Source: Nitrososphaerota archaeon (GTDB lineage Archaea; Thermoproteota; Nitrososphaeria_A; Caldarchaeales; Caldarchaeaceae). From it: a DNA stretch of 60,216 nucleotides. The DNA lies in the NCBI GenBank assembly GCA_038891515.1, contig JAWAEB010000001.1, positions 1-60,216 of the forward strand, read 5' to 3'. The notes under the pieces were generated by a model. The model was not told the origin of the DNA, did not search any database, and worked only from the letters and a program-made list of their open reading frames with translations. This document shows positions 8,538-17,700 of this stretch, in pieces (the stretch's first letter is position 1; each line of letters opens with the position of its first letter). A program made the translations under genes and the position numbers.

Positions 8538-9254
8538 TTGAGTTTCCCGCCACATATGTTGGTACTGTCAAGGATCCTAGACAAACAGTTAGTCGAGCAT
8601 GGAGCTTCCAAGCTTATACCAGAACCCATAGAATTGAACAGACAAAAAACTATGCTGGTAATTGTTGACATGCAGAACGATTTCGTGAAGCCGGGAGGAG
8701 CCATATACCTAGGGACTGATGCGGAGGCAACTGTACCACCGATAAAGAAGCTACTTGAGAAAGCCCGTAAAAATGGGATGAGAATCCTATTCACTAAATC
8801 TTGGTATGAGTCCGATGATCCTAGGTTTTCAGACCATCCTAAGGCTGGCGCGAAGTACAAAGGCTGTATGGCTGGAACAGAAGGAGCTGAGATAATCAAG
8901 GAGCTCGCTCCACAACAGGGAGAACTAATCATAACCAAACCCTCATATGACTGCTGGTTCGGCACCAAGCTAGAAGAGACGCTAAAAGGATTGAAGTTCG
9001 GGACCTTCTCACATTGGTCCGTACACAGGAACAGACTCATGAACGATTGTGGCGTCATCATCACGGGAGTCGCAACAAACATATGTGTTGAAAAAGCCGT
9101 TACCGGCTTTTATCTGAGAGGCTACGAGATCACCATACCTATTGACTGCGTAGCTGCTACAGATCAGTTCACCCAGCTCTTGGCCCTCTACCAGTTCAAG
9201 GAGTTTTATGGAGCAAATCTAACCTTATCAGATCTAATCGGGTTTGTATCTTAA
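8538..9254 (+). CDS. isochorismatase-family cysteine hydrolase (nicotinamidase / N-carbamoylsarcosine amidase / RutB group)
   Basis: MLVIVDMQNDFVKPGGAIYL and ITGVATNICVEKAV (catalytic Cys). Track start is TTG 8538; ATG 8556 is an alternative. Confidence 0.8.
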   Translation: MSFPPHMLVLSRILDKQLVEHGASKLIPEPIELNRQKTMLVIVDMQNDFVKPGGAIYLGTDAEATVPPIKKLLEKARKNGMRILFTKSWYESDDPRFSDHPKAGAKYKGCMAGTEGAEIIKELAPQQGELIITKPSYDCWFGTKLEETLKGLKFGTFSHWSVHRNRLMNDCGVIITGVATNICVEKAVTGFYLRGYEITIPIDCVAATDQFTQLLALYQFKEFYGANLTLSDLIGFVS

Positions 9255-9285
9255 AACTTAAATCCATATTAGATGAGAAACAGGT

Positions 9286-10614
9286 ATGCCTGAGGCTACA
9301 AGCATCAGGGACTTCCTAGCAACATTAGAGGAAAACAATCTTCTTATCAGGGTTCGGAGGCCTGTAAACCCTCGATTTGAGCTTGCAGCAGTTCTTAAGA
9401 AAATAGTTGCAAATGGCCGTGCTGCACTATTCGAGAAGGTGGAGGGCTACTCTAACACCGTTGTAGGTGGAATCTCAGCCACGCGGAAGATGCTGGCGCT
9501 AGCTATGGGTGTAAAGGAGGAAGACCTCCTTAGGGAGTATGCTGCTCGGTCCTCCTCAAGGATTAAGCCTAATGTATTACGTAACTCACCACTTTATGAA
9601 AACTATAAGGAGAACGGGGACATCTCCCAATTACCAATCATAACACATTTTGAGCGAGATGCAGGCCCATATATTGTGGCAGGTATAGTAGCGGCGAAGG
9701 ACCCTGAGACAGGGTTCACAAACCTATCCTTCAACAGGATGCAAGTCAAAACTGGTAGACGCCTCGGAATAAGGATGATGCCACCCCAGCATCTGGGCAT
9801 TATCCACTCAAAACAAGAGGCTAAGAAACGTAACCTCGAGGTAGCCATCTCAATAGGCAATCACCCCATAGTTATGATGGCCGCTTCAGCCACGTTGCCA
9901 TATGGAGACGACCACCTAGAGTTGGCGGGAGGACTACTTAGAAGACCCCTAGAAGTCGTAAGGTGCAGGATTAGTGACATATTTGTTCCAGCGTATTCGG
10001 AAATAGTGCTCGAGGGTGTTGTCCTAGCCGGGGTTCGGGAATTAGAAGGCCCATTCGGCGAGTTTATGCAATACTATACACCTGTCACAGAGAATCATGT
10101 CTTTGAAGTGAAAAGTGTGATGTACAGGACAGATTACATATATCAGACGCTTATATGCGGGTCGTCAGAGGACCTTGGACTTCTAGCCCTCTCCCGCGAG
10201 GCATTAATATATAGAACACTAAAAGATATGGGATATGATGTTGTGGATGTAAGCCTAATGCCCTTCATCTTTAATGGAGCCATATCGATCAGGAAACGAT
10301 TCGAAGGTGAGCCAAAAAACGTAGCGATGGCAGCTTTCGGAGCATATCAGTGGCTAAAACACTGCGTGGTGGTCGATGAAGACGTCGATGTACGTAATCT
10401 CAACGATGTCTGGTGGGCAATGGCTACAAGAAGCAAACCTGATACTGGTGTATTCGTAGTAAGCAACGCACTTGGCTTCGGAAGAGGTGACAAGAAAGGA
10501 CTGCACAAGTCAAAAGTGTGTATAGACGCCACCGTTCCGATGGATGTTAAAGATGAGTTCGAACGAAAGAAAATACCCGGAGAAGAATCAATAAATATAG
10601 AAAGATATACATAG
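9286..10614 (+). CDS. UbiD-family (prFMN-dependent) decarboxylase, paralogue 1
   Basis: 442 aa. ERDAGPYIVAGI, NLSFNRMQV and EGPFGEFMQYY are UbiD-family signatures. Confidence 0.85.
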   Translation: MPEATSIRDFLATLEENNLLIRVRRPVNPRFELAAVLKKIVANGRAALFEKVEGYSNTVVGGISATRKMLALAMGVKEEDLLREYAARSSSRIKPNVLRNSPLYENYKENGDISQLPIITHFERDAGPYIVAGIVAAKDPETGFTNLSFNRMQVKTGRRLGIRMMPPQHLGIIHSKQEAKKRNLEVAISIGNHPIVMMAASATLPYGDDHLELAGGLLRRPLEVVRCRISDIFVPAYSEIVLEGVVLAGVRELEGPFGEFMQYYTPVTENHVFEVKSVMYRTDYIYQTLICGSSEDLGLLALSREALIYRTLKDMGYDVVDVSLMPFIFNGAISIRKRFEGEPKNVAMAAFGAYQWLKHCVVVDEDVDVRNLNDVWWAMATRSKPDTGVFVVSNALGFGRGDKKGLHKSKVCIDATVPMDVKDEFERKKIPGEESINIERYT

Positions 10615-10753
10615 TCACATCGATCTTTTTTTGAACACATCACATGAAGTATGAATCAACACTCTAGGGTGATTGGTGTCTTGTAGTTTCTGGCGTTTTC
10701 TTTTCTTCATAAGTGGGTCCAGATGCTCTGAGCTATCATGTTCTATTGTTCTT

Positions 10754-11152
10754 CTCTTCCCAGACTTGAAATCGAAAGCTTTTAAAAAGGCTGGTCTGCT
10801 CAGTGGTGGTGAAAGACAAATGCTTGCTATTGCCAGAGCTTTAATATTGGATCCAGACCTGCTTCTGCTTGATGAGCCTACAGCTAACCTTTCGCCTATA
10901 GCTACCATGAACCTAATAGACAGCATAAGACCGATAAATGTGGACGGTGTCAGCGTGCTGCTGGTGGAACAGAACGTTAAGAAGGCTCTTTCAGTAGCTT
11001 CACGAGTATACATATTAGTTTCAGGCCGCATACTCCATCATGCACCGGCAGAACAAGTAGTGATGGGCGACATCAGCAAACTTTTCTCCCTGATTTCAGT
11101 AAATGATGATGTTATCTATCGTCAGTCAGCTCCGATGACACAAGCTATTTAG
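10754..11152 (+). pseudogene. 5'-truncated remnant of a LivF-type ABC ATPase
   Basis: [48 protein letters not shown]...VLLVEQN covers only the signature, Walker B and H-loop half. No Walker A is found in any frame upstream, and no partner transporter genes are adjacent. Confidence 0.7.
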
Positions 11153-11230
11153 CCGAGACACTCAATGAACAAACACTAAATTGAAGTCATCAGGTGTTAA
11201 AAGCGTTGTAAATGACATAGTTATGGAGAG

Positions 11231-11828
11231 GTGGGATCTGACCACCGGGCAGCAGTGATAGTGATTGACATGCAGAGAGTTTTTCTTGAGCCTATGTCAC
11301 CTCTCGAAATAGCACCAACCTGAACAAAGGAAGTCGTTAACTCAATTCGCTCCTTACTAGAAATTGCTAGCACAGTGAAACTGCCTGTTTTTTATACGAT
11401 GATGGTTTTCAATCGAGACCTGTCAGACGCTGGTAGATGGATGGATAAGTATCCGGAGTTGAAAAATGACAGATGGTTCACTCCTTGTAGAGATAATAAC
11501 TGCGTTAAAGCCGCTCCCCGATGAAAGGATCATTAAAAAACCTAAGCCGAGCGATTTCTTCGGAACGGATCTACATGTATTTCTGAGAACATATAACATT
11601 GACACCTTGATAATTACGGGTTGTGTCACAAGTGGATGCGTGAGAGCTACAATAGTGGATGGTTTCTCGTATGACTACAGGTGTATAGTACCCAAAGAGT
11701 GTGTGGTGGACAGGAATGACGAACGCCACCTATCCAATCTCAGAGATATTGCTATGAAGTATGCTGATGTAACAGGATTGGATGTCGTCCTTGACTATAT
11801 TCGCACCAAATATACTGGTAGCCTATAA
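11231..11828 (+). pseudogene. isochorismatase-family hydrolase, disrupted (in-frame TGA plus frameshift)
   Basis: Frame 2 reads GSDHRAAVIVIDMQRVFLEPMSPLEIAPT, then TGA (11321-11323), then KEVVNSIRSLLEIASTVKLPVFYTMMVF...YPELKN. Homology then continues in another frame from about 11466 (DGSLLVEIITALKPLPDERIIKKPKPSDFFGTDL...LIITGCVTSGCVRATIVDG). Confidence 0.75.
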
Positions 11829-12139
11829 ATCACAGACACAACGATCAACCCTAGCTTTATACCTTATTAGTCCGCTAGAAGTCCTAGATTGAAGCATTTT
11901 GATGACCTAAACGACCTTGGTGGCGCCTAGTAAATACATCTGACCCAGCAACCTATGAAAAGACTGTTCGAGTCAAGGCAAACCAGCAATTAACATACCC
12001 ACTTCATCATACAAATCTCAGCTATGGACAAGTTAGCGAGTGGGTTTATCTTATTCAGCTTATCGTCACCTAATGACTGTGATAACAACTGGAATTCTAA
12101 TATAGTATTATGCTGCTATATACTGGGAGGGGGTGAATC

Positions 12140-12706
12140 TTGAGAATCGTTGTAGGGATAACCGGTGCCAGCGGCGTGGTATTAGGGGTCAGATTCCTTG
12201 AAGTAGCGAGAAAGGTAGCTATCGAGACACACACCATAGTTAGTCCCTCAGCTTACGAGACTATGGTGTTAGAGACTGACATGAAGCCTGAGTATGTTAG
12301 GGCTTTAGCATCCAGACTATATGGATACCGAGATATGGCCGCGTCAATATCGAGTGGATCATTCATGACAGACGGGATGGTGGTGATACCCTGCAGCATG
12401 AAGACCCTAGCCGGCATAGCTCATGGGTATGACGACAACCTTATCATAAGGGCTGCTATGGTGACACTCAAAGAGAGACGTAGGCTCGTTCTGGTTCCTA
12501 GAGAAACACCCCTAAACATAATGCACATACGGAACATGCTCATTGTTGCAAAGGCGGGTGCAGTGGTATTGCCTGCAATGCCTGCATTCTATCCAAGGCC
12601 TGCCACTGTGGCCGACATCGTTGATTTTCTCGTTGGCAAGGTGTTCGATATGTTCGGAGTTAGTCATGACCTCTACAAGAGATGGGAGGGCGTCAACCCT
12701 GAATAA
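12140..12706 (+). CDS. ubiX: flavin prenyltransferase UbiX (prFMN synthase)
   Basis: MRIVVGITGASGVVLG...VIPCSMKTLAGIAHGYDDNLIIRAA...LVPRETPL. TTG start is preceded by gggagggggtga (SD-like). Confidence 0.9.
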   Translation: MRIVVGITGASGVVLGVRFLEVARKVAIETHTIVSPSAYETMVLETDMKPEYVRALASRLYGYRDMAASISSGSFMTDGMVVIPCSMKTLAGIAHGYDDNLIIRAAMVTLKERRRLVLVPRETPLNIMHIRNMLIVAKAGAVVLPAMPAFYPRPATVADIVDFLVGKVFDMFGVSHDLYKRWEGVNPE

Positions 12707-12943
12707 AGTTGGAGCGAAACTGTAGATGAGTCAGGTGAACTGTGTTTTAGCCCGCGTCAGTGTGTCAGGATCATGTTGAGCAGAACAGGACGCAGCAAAC
12801 CAAACACCCAACGAACCACTAAGAAGCATATGGTTACTGAACTATGACCTAGTCACACCTTCTATTTTAGTGATTTCACCGAGCATTTCTGGAAACATCT
12901 CGGTACAATTTACACCTCAAGGCTGACTTCGCTAACCCTATGT

Positions 12944-14425
12944 CTATGTATACGTTCTGAGTGAATGGATTCCTTTTCTTCCTTTTTCATGTAATATTAT
13001 TGACTTTGAGACAAGATATTCATCCAGACCCTCCAGCCCCAGTTCACGTCCGATGCCACTATTCTTTACACCTCCGAACGGCATCTCAATTCTTGGTACG
13101 TGCAGGTTATTTATCCAGACAGTACCCACCTCAAGCTTTCTAGCCGCCTTCATTGCTTTCTCTATGTCCCTAGTCCATATGGAGGCGTCTAGTCCATAGA
13201 TGCTGTCATTAGCCTTTGATATAGCCTCTTCCAAGTTCGTCACAATGAAGACTGGCAGGACGGGGCCAAAGCACTCCTCACGACAGACTCGGCTGTATTC
13301 ATCAACATTATCCAATACTGTGGGGAGGTAGAAATGTCCAAGGGAGAGCAGTGGGTCTTCAGGTCTCTTTCCACCGGCTAGCACTCTTGCACCCCGCTGC
13401 TGGGCTTCAGAGACCATCTCCTCGATGTTATTCCTCTGTCTGGCGGAATGCAGCGGCCCCATCCCAGTACTGGGATCCAATCCATTGCCGACCCTAAGTG
13501 AATTGACACACTCAACCAGTTTATTTAGGAATGATTGGGCCATGTCCTTCATGATGTAAAGTCGTTTGACACTATTGCATGTCTGCCCTGCATTTCTGTA
13601 CCGTCCTAAAAGACAAGCGTTAACAGCCATTTCAAGATCCGCATCCTCACATACAATCATGGGATCACTACCGCCCAGTTCAAGGGTAACCCTCTTCAAA
13701 CCCTTTGCCGCAACCTCCATGACATGCTTTCCTGTCTCAGTATCCCCTGTAAAGGCAATTTTTGTGATTTTTTTATTCCTAATCAACGCCTCACCAACAG
13801 TGGCTCCAGGTCCCACCACAATATTCATAACACCCCGAGGTAATCCCGCCCTTACAAATAAACCGCCTATCTCTAGTACGGTTAGTGGTGTAGTGCTAGC
13901 TGGCTTTAAGACTATAGTGTTACCTACAGCTAGGGCCGGAGCCACCTTCACCATTGACAGAACTACTGGTGCGTTCCATGGAGATATGGCAGCACAGACC
14001 CCCACTGGGAGTTTCCATACGAGCCCATGTTCTCCCTCATCTAGCCTGACGTATCTATTACTTAACTGTCGGGCTAAGATACCATAGTATTCTAGGCAAT
14101 GGGCGGTCATATGCAGCTCGGCCCTAGATTCTGAGATAGTTTTCCCTTGCTCCATCGTGAGTAGTCTAGCAAGCCTATCCATAGAGGTTTGAATCCACTG
14201 GGATACCTTAATGAGAATTTTCGAGCGTTCACCTGGGTCCACCTCACACCAGCTCTGGAACGCCTCATGCGCCGAGTCTACAGCTGCTTCCACGTCCTCA
14301 GGCGTACCTCTGCTTACCTGAGCGACAGTCTCGCCCGTAGCAGGGTTTGTTACAGCGTAGTGCGATTTATCTGATGAGTCAACCATTTCGTTATTGATAA
14401 GTAACCTGTGGTGTGGAGCGCTCAA
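12944..14425 (-). CDS. NAD(P)+-dependent aldehyde dehydrogenase
   Basis: 493 aa. FTGDTETGKHV, LELGGSDP and NAGQTCNSVKR (catalytic Cys) are ALDH-family motifs. Confidence 0.9.
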   Translation of the reverse strand: MSAPHHRLLINNEMVDSSDKSHYAVTNPATGETVAQVSRGTPEDVEAAVDSAHEAFQSWCEVDPGERSKILIKVSQWIQTSMDRLARLLTMEQGKTISESRAELHMTAHCLEYYGILARQLSNRYVRLDEGEHGLVWKLPVGVCAAISPWNAPVVLSMVKVAPALAVGNTIVLKPASTTPLTVLEIGGLFVRAGLPRGVMNIVVGPGATVGEALIRNKKITKIAFTGDTETGKHVMEVAAKGLKRVTLELGGSDPMIVCEDADLEMAVNACLLGRYRNAGQTCNSVKRLYIMKDMAQSFLNKLVECVNSLRVGNGLDPSTGMGPLHSARQRNNIEEMVSEAQQRGARVLAGGKRPEDPLLSLGHFYLPTVLDNVDEYSRVCREECFGPVLPVFIVTNLEEAISKANDSIYGLDASIWTRDIEKAMKAARKLEVGTVWINNLHVPRIEMPFGGVKNSGIGRELGLEGLDEYLVSKSIILHEKGRKGIHSLRTYT

Positions 14426-14440
14426 AGCCTATTCCGCCCC

Positions 14441-15499
14441 TTAACCACTATCCTTCAATATGTGAGGCATTATCTCATGAGCTATTAGCTTAAGAGCTGT
14501 GAGTGGCTCAGGACCTATTACATCAAAAGCTATTGGTAGCTTTATACCACTCCTAATAAGTGAGTGAAGCTTTTCGACACAGTCTTCCGGAGTCCCAGAA
14601 ACCGAGAGCTGTTCCACCAAACTATCACTGACGGCTTTGGCTGCTCCGGGAAGTCCAGATACCTTCATGGCATTCTTTATCGCCTGCACCTCGCGCTCAT
14701 CTAGGTCCACGTACCTACTGATTGTCTCTACAGCGGTCAACGTCGGGTCCGCGATGTATAGGGCAACGGCCTCCCGCACGGCCCGTCTGGCCGTCTCGCG
14801 TTTTCTGTCCACTGAGAAATTCAGGTTGGCTGCGAGACAGAAGTCTTCCCACAGCCTTCGCCTTTTCTCCAAACCTTTCACCACGTATGAGACACAGTCC
14901 TTGACATAACGCTCTGAGGCCGAGAGAAAGCGGCTTAGAATAACACCATCAGCGTCCTCTCCCGCAAGCTCTAGTATTCGCGGACTTCTACTACCGACAT
15001 AGATGGGGATCCTGTTCCTAACCGGCCTGAATCCGTGGAAATCGAGTCTACTGGGTATGGAGAGTTGATATACTTTTCCACGGTATGTTCCTCCCTCTCC
15101 GATGAGAGTCCTGATTATTTGGATAGAGTCTTTAATTGCCCAATAAGGTTTCGCCTCGGCAGCTGCAGACTGGTCCTTCACCAGTCCATGCTTGACTAGT
15201 GCGGAGACATTGACACCTATCCCCAAGGTGAAGCGGCCCTTAGATATCTCGTCTAATGTTGCTGCCTCCATGGCCAAAATGCTTGGATGTCTAGTATACA
15301 CGCCTATTACAGATGTCCCCAGTCCGATCTTTTTAGTTCTTGAAGCTATGACGCTCATGAGGCTTGTAGCGCTCCTGCCGTAATACCCTTCTCCAAGCCA
15401 GAAACTTGATATACCTAGTAACTCAGCTTGCTCGGCCATCGCCACGGTCTCTTCATAAGATGAAAAGGGAGCTATCCCGAACCCGTCGCAGAACTCCAT
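14441..15499 (-). CDS. LLM-class (luciferase-like) flavin/F420-dependent oxidoreductase
   Basis: MEFCDGFGIAPF...AEQAELLGISSFWLGE...RFTLGIGV is the LLM pattern. The track ORF extends to 15601, but family-typical length favours ATG 15499. The stop lies 15 nt upstream of the ALDH start, so the two are probably co-transcribed. Confidence 0.7.
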   Translation of the reverse strand: MEFCDGFGIAPFSSYEETVAMAEQAELLGISSFWLGEGYYGRSATSLMSVIASRTKKIGLGTSVIGVYTRHPSILAMEAATLDEISKGRFTLGIGVNVSALVKHGLVKDQSAAAEAKPYWAIKDSIQIIRTLIGEGGTYRGKVYQLSIPSRLDFHGFRPVRNRIPIYVGSRSPRILELAGEDADGVILSRFLSASERYVKDCVSYVVKGLEKRRRLWEDFCLAANLNFSVDRKRETARRAVREAVALYIADPTLTAVETISRYVDLDEREVQAIKNAMKVSGLPGAAKAVSDSLVEQLSVSGTPEDCVEKLHSLIRSGIKLPIAFDVIGPEPLTALKLIAHEIMPHILKDSG

Positions 15500-15603
15500 A
15501 TCCTCCTCGTAACTGTACTGGTATTTCACTCTTAAGGCAGGGGTTGGTCCCACAGTTCTTAACAGTCCACACAATGCTGGAGAGGAGTCATTCACCAACA
15601 AAA

Positions 15604-15611
15604 CTTATATT
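15604..15611 (+). promoter_or_regulatory. candidate TATA box for hyuA
   Basis: cttatatt is centred about 30 nt upstream of ATG 15638. Confidence 0.35.
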
Positions 15612-15637
15612 GGGACTTTGGAACAATACGCCTCGTT

Positions 15638-17698
15638 ATGCTCCGATTGGCCGTTGATATAGGTGGAACCTTTACTGACTTTGTCCTATACGATGGCCAT
15701 GGTTTACATCCATACAAGACCCTTACAACTCCTGCCGACCCGGCAGAGGGGGTACTTGACGGTACCAGTGACCTTTTAGTGATGCATGGAAAGAGAGCGG
15801 AGGAGATTGAGGTCATACTGCATGCGACAACATTGGCTACAAACGCCGTGATCGAAAGAAAGGGCGCAAAGACAGGTCTGATAACCACAGCGGGATTCGA
15901 AGACCTGCTAGATATCAGGAAGGGCTTCAGATATGACCAATACGATCTGAATATCAAGATGCCTCCTCATGTTGTCCCGAGGAGACTGAGGAGGGGTGTA
16001 TCCGAGAGAATAACGGCCGATGGTCAGATTTACACAAAACTAAATGAGAGGGATGTTAGAAATTTTGCTAGAGAACTTGTTGAGTTAGGTGTAGAGTCAC
16101 TGGCTATATGTTTCCTGAACTCCTATTCAAATCCAATACACGAGGTAAGAGCTAAAGAGGTCATCCTCAATGACTTTCCTGATTTGCCGGTTTCCATATC
16201 CAGCGAAGTCGCTCCCAGAATAAGAGAATATGAGAGGATGTCAACGACAGCCATAAACGCATACATAAAGCCTATTGTAGCGAGATATCTTGAGAGAATG
16301 AGACGGGGGCTGACGCATATCGGTTTCCGAGGAATGCTTTACCTCATGACAAGCGGGGGAGGAATGATAATACCTCAACTTGCGATAGATCTTCCTATTT
16401 TGCTCCTCGAGTCTGGCCCAGCTGCAGGGGCTCTGATGGCCTCTCTGATCGCCCAAATAAGGTCTATCTCGCGTTGTGTTTCCTTCGACATGGGTGGAAC
16501 GACGGCCAAGGGCTGTCTCATCCAAAATGGAGAGATCGGCAGATCATACGAATTTGAGGTTGCCAGATACCATAGGTTCAAGCGTGGGAGTGGGCTGCCA
16601 GTACTGACGCCCAGTCTAAAGCTAATCGAGATAGGCAGTGGTGGCGGGAGTTTGGCCTATATCGACGAGCTGGGTCTGCTCAGGGTTGGCCCCATATCAG
16701 CCGGAGCCAACCCCGGACCAGCATGTTATGGCCTAGGAGGAAAAATGCCCACCGTTACCGATGCAAATCTTATCTTAGGTTATCTCAACCCGTCCTACTT
16801 CTGCGGTGGTGCGATGAAGCTCTTCCCAGACAGAGCGGCCCAGGCTATAATGTCTCATGTTGCCAAAAAAGGCGGCATGGATGTAGTAGAGGCTGCTTGG
16901 TGGATACATGAAAAAGTGAATGAAGACATCGCCACAGCCCTTAGGTTACATGCTGCTGAAAGTGGTCAGGATCTGAGCACCTTCAGTATAATAGCTTTTG
17001 GCGGTGCTGCGGGAGCCCATGCATGCCGGATAGCCAAGAAGCTGAATATAAATAGCGTAATCCTCCCCCTAGGGGCAGGGGTATTCTCAGCTGCAGGACT
17101 CCTGCACACTCCATTGGCTGTTGATTTGGCTCAGTCATGCAACTTGGAGCTGGATGGAGCCGGATTTGACACCTATATGCAACTCTTCAAGGTATTAATC
17201 AAGAGGGGGAAGAGATTAGCACATTTTGAGACTGGAGATGAGATAAAGATAAGGAGGTGGGTTGATATGCGGTATAAGGGACAGGGATACGAGGTGGAGG
17301 TGCCCCTACCTACTTCCCACCCAGATATCCACGAGTTCAGTTCCCTCAAAGAGATCTTTGAGAGAGAGTATGAGAGGCTCTATTCAGTAAGAGACGTAAT
17401 AAGAAATGTTGAGCTAGTTGGAGTAAAGGTCTCACTCATTAAACAGGAGAAATTGGATGTAGCTTGGACGGCTGTAAAAGATGAGACACACCAAGCCTTG
17501 AAAGGAATGAGGCGAGCCTATTTCCCAGAACTAGGCGGGATGATAGAATGCAAAGTGTACAATCGTTATGGTCTTTCGGTTGGGGAGGTTCTTGAAGGCC
17601 CCTTGATTGTAGAGGAACGTGAATCCACTGCGATAATACCACCGGGTTTCACCGCGTCTATCGATGACGTTGAAAATATAATTGTGGAGGTGAGGTGA
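15638..17698 (+). CDS. hyuA: hydantoinase/oxoprolinase family, A (beta) subunit, ATP-dependent
   Basis: 686 aa. MLRLAVDIGGTFTDFVL at the N-terminus and SFDMGGTTAKG (ASKHA fold) are typical of HyuA/OplA and the acetone-carboxylase beta family. Confidence 0.85.
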   Translation: MLRLAVDIGGTFTDFVLYDGHGLHPYKTLTTPADPAEGVLDGTSDLLVMHGKRAEEIEVILHATTLATNAVIERKGAKTGLITTAGFEDLLDIRKGFRYDQYDLNIKMPPHVVPRRLRRGVSERITADGQIYTKLNERDVRNFARELVELGVESLAICFLNSYSNPIHEVRAKEVILNDFPDLPVSISSEVAPRIREYERMSTTAINAYIKPIVARYLERMRRGLTHIGFRGMLYLMTSGGGMIIPQLAIDLPILLLESGPAAGALMASLIAQIRSISRCVSFDMGGTTAKGCLIQNGEIGRSYEFEVARYHRFKRGSGLPVLTPSLKLIEIGSGGGSLAYIDELGLLRVGPISAGANPGPACYGLGGKMPTVTDANLILGYLNPSYFCGGAMKLFPDRAAQAIMSHVAKKGGMDVVEAAWWIHEKVNEDIATALRLHAAESGQDLSTFSIIAFGGAAGAHACRIAKKLNINSVILPLGAGVFSAAGLLHTPLAVDLAQSCNLELDGAGFDTYMQLFKVLIKRGKRLAHFETGDEIKIRRWVDMRYKGQGYEVEVPLPTSHPDIHEFSSLKEIFEREYERLYSVRDVIRNVELVGVKVSLIKQEKLDVAWTAVKDETHQALKGMRRAYFPELGGMIECKVYNRYGLSVGEVLEGPLIVEERESTAIIPPGFTASIDDVENIIVEVR

Positions 17699-17700
17699 TT

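Noticed and set aside
11321-11323. In-frame TGA codons (here and at 40344-40346) as selenocysteine or genetic-code reassignment.
   Set aside because: TGA terminates several well-defined genes in the window (pgk, hyuA, the RHH gene, the second Mo-subunit gene). The 11321 case also carries a frameshift. No Sec-utilising enzyme families are involved. Pseudogenisation or sequence error is the simpler explanation.
13566-14087. Long ORFs antisense to, or out of frame within, well-supported genes. Examples: 13566-14087 inside the ALDH gene, 18564-19145 inside hyuB, 36083-36571 inside the HBD/ECH gene, 8420-9082 opposite the isochorismatase gene, 41837-42340 inside aglB, 46347-46808 inside the second Mo-subunit gene, and 54443-54967 inside the amidohydrolase gene.
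   Set aside because: Each is fully shadowed by a gene with clear family motifs on the other strand or frame. Their products are low-complexity (Ser/Pro/Thr/Arg-rich) with no recognisable motifs. Such ORFs are the expected by-product of moderately GC-rich coding sequence.
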